A stretch of 64,000 nucleotides of DNA, taken from assembly GCF_009914755.1 (NCBI RefSeq), contig NC_060927.1. The stretch is one strand, 5' to 3'. Both the position numbers and the translations under genes were made by a program. Shown one piece after another: positions 56,339-64,000 of the stretch. Positions within the stretch are counted from its first letter, which is position 1; every line of letters starts with the position of its first letter. The stretch comes from the human T2T-CHM13v2.0 reference genome, Homo sapiens. A model generated the notes under the pieces. The model saw only the letters and a list, made by a program, of their open reading frames with translations, had not been told where the DNA came from and searched no databases.

Positions 56339-57440
56339 ACCATTCAGGACATAGGCATGGGCAAAGACTTCATGACTAAAACACCAAAAACAACTGCAAC
56401 AAAAGCCAAAATTGACAAATGGGATCTAATCAAACTAAAGGGCTTCTGCACAGCAAAAGAAACTATCATCAGAGTGAACAGGTAACCTACAAAATGGGAG
56501 AAAATTTTTGCAAGCTACCCATCTGACAAAGGTCTAATATCTAGAATCTACAAGGAACTTTAACAAATTTACAAGAAAAAAAACAAACGACCCCATCAAA
56601 AAGTGGGTGAAGGATATGAACAGACACTTCTCGAAAAAAGACATTTATGCAGCCAACAAACATGAAAAAAAGTTCATCACTGGTCATTAGAAAAATGCAA
56701 ATCAAAACCACAATGAGATACCAGTTAGAATGGTGATTATTAAAAAGTCAGGAAACAACAGATGCTGGCAAGGCTGCGGAGAAATAGGAATGCTTAGACA
56801 CTGTTGGTGGGAGTGTAAATTAGTTCGACCATTGTGGAAGACAGTGTGGCGATTCCTCAAGGATTTAGAACCAGAAATACCATTTGACCCAGCAATCCCG
56901 TTACTGGGTATATACCCAAAGGATTGTCAATCTTTCTACTATAAAGACACAATGCACACATATGTTTATTGCAGCACTATTTACAATAGCAAAGATTTGG
57001 AACCAACCCAAATGCCCATCAATGATAGACTGGATGAAGAAAATGTGACACACATATAGCATGGAATACTATGCAGCCATAAAAAGGAATGAGTTCATGT
57101 CCTTTGCAAGGACATGGATGAGCCTGGAAGCCATCATTCTCAGCAAACTAACACAGAAACAGAAAACCAAACACCGCTTGTTCTCGCTCATAAGTGAGCA
57201 TTGAACAAGGAGAACACATGGACACAGGGAGGGGAATGTCACACACCAGGGTCTGATGGAGGGTGGGTGGCAAGGGGAGGGAAAGCATTAGGACAAATGC
57301 CTAATGCATGTGGTGCTTAAAATCTAGATGACGGGTTGGTAGGTGCAGCAAACCACCATGGCACATGTATATCTATGTAACAAACCTGCACATTCTGCAC
57401 ATGTATCGCAGAAATTAAACTAAAATTTGAAAAAAGAAAA
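56339..57440 (+). mobile_element. L1PA 5'-truncated (~1.1 kb): ORF2 C-terminal remnant, 3'UTR, A-rich tail
   Basis: Translates to KKSGNNRCWQGCGEIG...[30 protein letters not shown] with frameshifts; L1PA 3' end. Confidence 0.95.
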
Positions 57441-58649
57441 GAGACCAACTTTCTATTAGAGCAAAAGTGTAGGAGAGTATATTGGCAGCTGAAGCAGGTG
57501 AATGCCGGGACAAAGCAGAAATGAACATATGTGTAGGTGACCCACCCTATGGCAGAGTTTAGAAAATTATCCCTTATTCCTTTCAAAGAAGAGCCCCCAT
57601 TCCAGTGTTTCAGTGACCCAGTGATTTTAGATGTTCTTAGATATTGAAAATGTGTCTTCCTTCTCCAGCCCACTAAACCCCTGAACATATCTTCAGGTAC
57701 CAGAGAAGAAGTCTCCTCATGACTACTACGTTCAATGCAGGAATGGAGACCTAGTGCATTCAAAGAGCTGGGCCAATACTTGGGCTGACTATGTGATACA
57801 CTTCTCAGATGCTCTTGAAGAATTTGTGCAACATATATTTTCAGATGGACCTGCCTGGTAGACAGAAAGAAGGAGAGTGAAAGAAAAAAGAAAGTAGAGT
57901 AAGTTTCTGATTGTCTTATAGGTAATAAATGGGACTCAAAGGATATCATTTAAAGATGACAAATCAAATAGTAGAAGCATAAGTAAGGAAAAGGGAAAAT
58001 GGAAACATTATAAAAGACGTTAACATATATGCAAATACTGGAAAAAAATACAAACTTTTTCCTAAACACCAAAAAGAGAAAAATTTTAAAGCAAAGACAG
58101 GCTACCTAGGGTCAACATCCCACAAAAATATGTAACAAAATGCACACAGCATTAAGTGGGCAAAACGTAAGTAAGGGTAACCTAAAAAACAACATTAATG
58201 TAGGTAATATAGATGTTCATTAAGCTTTAGACTCTAATAATTGAAAACACACTTTCTCAAGTACATATAGTAAAACTGATGTTAGCTTACAAGTAAACCA
58301 CAATAAATTCCATAAAACAGAAAAAATAACAGCATTATCTGATAACATTTCAATAAAGCTAGAAATAAATAACAATACAAAATTAAAGCAGAGATTTCAA
58401 CCCGAAAATGAAAAATCTCTATAAACTCTTGCAATAATCAAAATTAAGAATTTCGGGATAAAATAATGATAATTACAAACATTAGTTGAGCAGTGCTAGG
58501 TGATGATGGTAAAAATGACAGTAATCATAACAAAAATAATGGTATTGAGTATTTTTTACTTCATATGTGAAACAGAAATATTTTCATATATTTAATTATA
58601 TACATACCCACACATAAACATAATTATATATAAATGTATAGGTGTGATC

Positions 58650-59045
58650 ACGTATCAGTGTGCTAGGACTGCCATAACAAAGTACCACAGACTGGGTGGT
58701 TTAAACAACAGAAATTTATTTCCTCACAGTTCTGGAGGCTGGGAGCCCAAGTTCAAGACGTCGGCAGGGTTGATTTCTTCTGAGTTCTCTCTCCTTGGCT
58801 TGCAGATGGCTGTCTTCTCCCAGTGATGTCTTCACATGGTCTTCCTTCTGTGTATATCTGTATATTAATTTTCTCTTTTTACAAAGACACTAGTCATATT
58901 GGATTAAGGCCCACACCAACGGCCTCATTTAACCGTATTACCTCTCTAAAGGCCCTATCTCTAAATACAATAACATTCTGAAGCCCTTGACGGGTTAAGA
59001 CTTCAACATTTGGACTTTGGGGAGGACACCATTCAGCCCACAACA
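58650..59045 (-). mobile_element. MLT1A/B LTR
   Basis: gctaggactgccataacaaagtaccacagactgggtggtttaaacaacagaaatttatt...caccattcagcccacaaca. Confidence 0.9.
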
Positions 59046-59445
59046 GATTATAAGCACTTTTATTGTGGCCTTTTCTTTCTTTCTCCTTTCTTCTTAATTC
59101 CCTTATCTGTTTTTCATGACCACATAGTTCTCTCCTCCCTCAGGGTAATCCGTGGCATGCATATTTCCATGTTACTTTTCCATACTCATAATAAACATAC
59201 ATGCACATAAATCTGTAGGCACACATACATATTTATATTTATATATAGAAGGGCTTTTTAAATGCACAAAAGTGACACACATTATTCACCCCTTTCTGCA
59301 TTTTATTTTTCATATTCCACCATACCTCATAAAATGTCTCCATGAAGAATTCTAACTCATTCGTCTTGAGAACTGAACAATATTCACAGCATCCCATGGT
59401 GTATATGTGCCAATCCACTCATCTGTTTCTCTGATAGTTTTGTAG

Positions 59446-59899
<454 letters not shown>

Positions 59900-61424
59900 A
59901 GGATACACATATTTCTAGTTTCACTAGGTGTTGCCAACTTGGCTTCCAAAGTGGCTGTAACACTCCACACTCCCATGAGGCTGGAATTTTATCCCTCTTT
60001 TAAAGCTCAAGAAGCTGAAAAGCAGAGAAGATAATGTGTTCATGCTTATTAGCAGTGGAGGTGAGGTACAAACTACACCTGCCTTGCTTGCAAACCAGTG
60101 CTTTTACCACCCCAGTACTCAGCCTCCCAAAGTGACAGGCATCTGTCCTGCAGCAGCCAGGTGTGTGCATGTCAGGGTGAAGAACTGCTTTTCCCCTGAT
60201 CCTTTTGTCCACTAGGCTGGCTGTACCCTCTCTGTGGCCTGCTGAGCCACAGGTGCTGGGTTTGTACTGTTTACAACATAAAATTGCCCCCTCATGAAGT
60301 ATAATGATGCACAATTTGTAAGAATAAGGATCCTCCAGGAGCAAAAGTGGGTACTAGAGCTTGATGCCACTAAATGTTATCTGAGAGGTCATAAGAGATA
60401 GCTAGTGCAGTGAGAAATTGGGGCCTCTTCTACCTGATTAAACACATTATCCAAATAATGCATATGAAAGTAGAAGGGGAATGAGAAGCAGGTGCTGTGG
60501 TCGGTTTTCTTATCGCTCTCCCTTTTAGTTATCGTTTTTTTTGTAAATAACAAACGTGCCATTCAACTAAGTCTTGCTTACTTAGCACATTTTTGAGAGA
60601 GGGAAAGAGATTGAAAGTAGCATTAATTTTAAGAATAAACAAGCTGATGCATCTTTCTGTAGCTGTTGTTGGAGTTCGTTTTGAGAATACAATTATGCCT
60701 CTAGACATGTACACTGGAAAAGGTTAGCTATAATAATTCAAACAGCATTGCCGTAAAAACATCCTTTCCAAATACGTTGGAGAAAAAGCAAACAAGTTTC
60801 TTTTGTGACCACAGGGGGAAGCATCAGCATGGCGTTTGAACAGTTTCACAGCTTACAGGAGAGGTGTTCCTCCTATTTGTGAGTTATGGCAGGAGCAACA
60901 TGAATAATAACATTTTATTTTCTCCTTGGAAAAATAGAGGGCAGGTCGACATGGGAATGGCAAAACTGTAAAATTCAACAGGTCTAATTCACACTTGATC
61001 ATGAGCACACGAGTAATGGGACGGGACTTTTGGGGTCTTTAGCAGAGAGGAAACTTGTAGGAAAAATAAGAAGCAAGAAAAACCAGAGTGATCCAGTTCT
61101 GTACGATGTGGCAATATTGTATAATTCTTCTAATCTTAAACCTTCTCTTAAACAATTCTTTAAATAACTGAGCTTTTCTTGTTTTCCTTTAATAGCTGTT
61201 AAAGTCACTTGAAATGAATGCTCTAGTTTAAACTAAAAAATACCCAGGAAGTGACCATTTAAAAACCAAAAACAAATCTAACCGTATATTTTTAGTCTAT
61301 ATAGCCTTCTTCAATTAGTTTCATATTTTGTCCATTTTATGCCACGACTTGTAGCTTTCTACATGGCTAATGATGCTAATAATAAATTTTGTATAGCATC
61401 TTCAACTTTTTCTAAAAGCAGGGT

Positions 61425-61595
61425 TTTATTTTTTATTTATATTTTTCAGAGACAAGATCTCACTTTGTCACCCAGGCTGGAGTGCAGTGGTCTGATCTTA
61501 CTCACTGCACCTCTAACTCCTGGGTTCAAGGGATCCTCCTGCCTCAGCCTACAAAGTAGTGAGGACTACAACCATCTGCCACCACACCCAGCTAA
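61425..61595 (-). mobile_element. Alu right-arm monomer (FRAM/AluJ-like)
   Basis: gtcacccaggctggagtgcagtgg...ggatcctcctgcctcagcc...cccagctaat, then it stops. Confidence 0.85.
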
Positions 61596-62234
61596 TCAGA
61601 GCGGTCTGTTCACAAATTTCCAGTGAGGCTGGAAACTGGGTATAATTATCTTCAGTTTACAAGTGTGCAGATCAATTAAGTCACCTACTCAAAGTCACAT
61701 AACTGGGAATAGACTCAGAAAGAACCTAAACCTTCAGATGCCTAGCCCAGGCACTTTCCATTATGTTACACTTCATACAAACAGCGACATAGATTAATAA
61801 TTAGTGTTTACTAACTTTTGCCTGAAATAACCAAGCTCTGGAATGACTAGACACCAGTTAGCAGTGGCTAAATGAAATGCTGTTTGAGAAGGATTATAAA
61901 GCTATATTATAAAGCCATCAGAGCCGTGATGGATGGGATGATAATATCCGTCATGTGTGAGGAGGGGGTTATGCTAACATACAAGCCACGTATTTCCGAA
62001 TCCTGAAAATTCCAAGATCCTTATTCCGCATTTTGACCGTCATTTTCATTTGCTGTCAACCCAATGTCATGGTCACTTCCTGGACCATTTTTCAGACTAA
62101 ACCATGTCTAAACTCTCCTTTTTTTCCTACCTCTGTCTACAATCTCTTCTTCTTCCATCTTCCTCAGTACTTGCTCTCACACCTTTGTTATTTAACTTAA
62201 GAAACACTCCCCAAAATTCCTCCACCACTTTCTT

Positions 62235-64000
62235 TTTATTATTATTACTATTTGTTGTTGTTGTTGTTGTTATTTCAATAGTTTTTGGGGAACAGGTGGT
62301 GTTTGGTTACATGAATAAGTTCTTTAGGGGTGATTTCTGAGATTTCCGTGCACCCATCACCCAAGCAGTGTACACTGCACTTAATGTGTAGTTTTTTATC
62401 CCTCGGCCCCTCCCACCCTTCCCCCCAAGTCCCCAGAGTCCATTATATCATTCTTATGCCTTTGTGTCTTCATAGCTTAGCTCCCACTTATAAATGTGAA
62501 CATAAGATGTTTGGTTTTTCATTCCTAAGTTACTTAGAATAATGGTCTCCACTCCATCCAGGTTGCTGTGAATGCCATTATTTCCTTCCTTTTTATGGCT
62601 GAGTAGTATTCCATGGTAAATATATACCACTTTTTTTTTAAATCCACTTGTTGGTTGATGGGCATTTATGTTGGTTTCATGTTTTTGCAACCGTGAATTG
62701 TGTTGCTATAAACATGCATGTGCAAATGTCTTTTTCACATAATGACTTTTCCTCTGGGTAGATACTCAGTAGTGGGATTGCTGGATCAAATGGTAGACCT
62801 GCTTTTAGTTCTTTAAGGAATCTCCATACTGTTTTCCGCAGTGGTTGTACTAGTTTACCTTCCCGCAAGCAGTGTCAAAGTAGTCCCTTTTCACCACATC
62901 CACGCCAACATCATTTTTTTAAAAAATTATGGCCATTCTTGCAGGAGTAAGGTGGTATCACATTGTGGTTTTGATTTTCCTTTCCCTGATAATTGGTAAT
63001 GTTGAGCACTTTTTTCATATGTTTTCTGGCCATTCGTATATCTTCTTTTGAGAATTGTCTATTAATGGCCTTACCCCACTTTTTGATGGGATTATTTGCT
63101 TTTTCTTGCTGATTTGAGTTCCTTGTAGATTCTGGATATTAATCGTTTGTCAGACACATAGTTTGTGAATATTTTCTCCCACTCTGTGGGTTGTCTGTTT
63201 ACTCTGCTGATTACTTCTTTTGCTGTGCAGAAGCTTTTTAGTTTAATTAAGTCCCATCTATTTATCTTTGTTTTTGTTGCATTTGCTTTTTGGTTCTTGG
63301 TCATGAAGTCTTTGCCTAAGCCAATGTCTAGAAGAGTTTTTCTGATGTTATATTCTAGAATTTTTATGGTTTCAGGTGATAGATGGAAGTCTTTAATCCA
63401 TACTGAGTTGATTTTTGTATAAGGTGAGAGATATGAGGATCCAGTTTCATTTTTTCTACATGTGGCTTGCCAATTACCACCACCATTTGTTGAATAGGGT
63501 GTCCTTCCCCCACTTTGTTTTTGTTTGCTTCATTGAAGATCAGTTGGCTGTAAGTGTTTGGCTTTATTTCTGGGTTTTCTATTCTGTTCCATTGGCCTGC
63601 ATGCCTATTTTTACACCAGTATCATGCTGTTTTGGTAACTATATCCTTATACTGTAGTTTGAAGTCAATGTGATGCCTCCAGATTTGTTCTTTTTGCTTA
63701 GTCTTGCTTTGACTATGTGGGCTCTTTTTTTTGTTCCGTATGAATTTTAGAATTGGTTTTTCTAGTGCTGTGAAGAATGATAATGATATTTTGATCAGAA
63801 TTTCATTGAATTTATAAATTGCTTTTGGCAGTATGGTCATTTTTACAATATTGGTTCTACCCATCCATGAGCGTGGGATGTGTTTCCATTTGTTTGTGTT
63901 GTCTATGACATCTTTCAGCAGTGTTTTGGATTTTTCCTCATAGAGATCTACAGGGAAAACTCTTTCAATTTCACCTCTTTGGTTAGGTATATTCCTAAGG
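62235..64000 (-). mobile_element. L1PB 3' portion (runs off window end)
   Basis: L1PB 3'UTR ttggggaacaggtggtgtttggttacatgaataagttctttag; ORF2 remnants ([37 protein letters not shown]). Confidence 0.93.

Noticed and set aside
56730-57059. L1 ORF2-like peptide as a functional CDS (also ORFs at 62677-63864)
   Set aside because: Fragments of truncated, frameshifted L1 copies.
57317-57949. 210-aa minus-strand ORF
   Set aside because: Overlaps antisense L1 3'UTR and degenerate flanking sequence; no recognisable domain.

Overview
Primate, most likely human, genomic DNA: AT-rich, with Alu, L1PA/L1PB, THE1 and MER41 elements. The only protein-coding sequence I can support is the first coding exon of GADL1 (glutamate decarboxylase-like 1) on the minus strand (ATG at 21094, MSSDSDRQCPVD-G, GT donor at 21057), inside a small CpG island. 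Bases 1-21057 are intron 1; I did not find exon 2 in the window. Bases ~21.5-64 kb are upstream intergenic DNA made largely of nested transposable elements (MIR, L2, L1, Alu, MaLR/ERVL/ERV1 LTRs, Tigger and hAT DNA transposons). Repeat families were recognised by eye, so subfamily names and the boundaries of old elements are approximate. I see no convincing new multi-gene system. Best leads: (1) a possible intron-1 read-through, intronically polyadenylated 76-aa hydrophobic GADL1 micro-isoform using a MIR-derived AATAAA; (2) a MER41 solo LTR with both tandem STAT GAS motifs intact ~12 kb upstream; (3) an E-box/NBRE cluster in the proximal promoter; (4) a miniature twin-primed, 5'-inverted L1 insertion; (5) an ERV1 LTR with intact GC-box and TATA but an apparently broken polyA signal.
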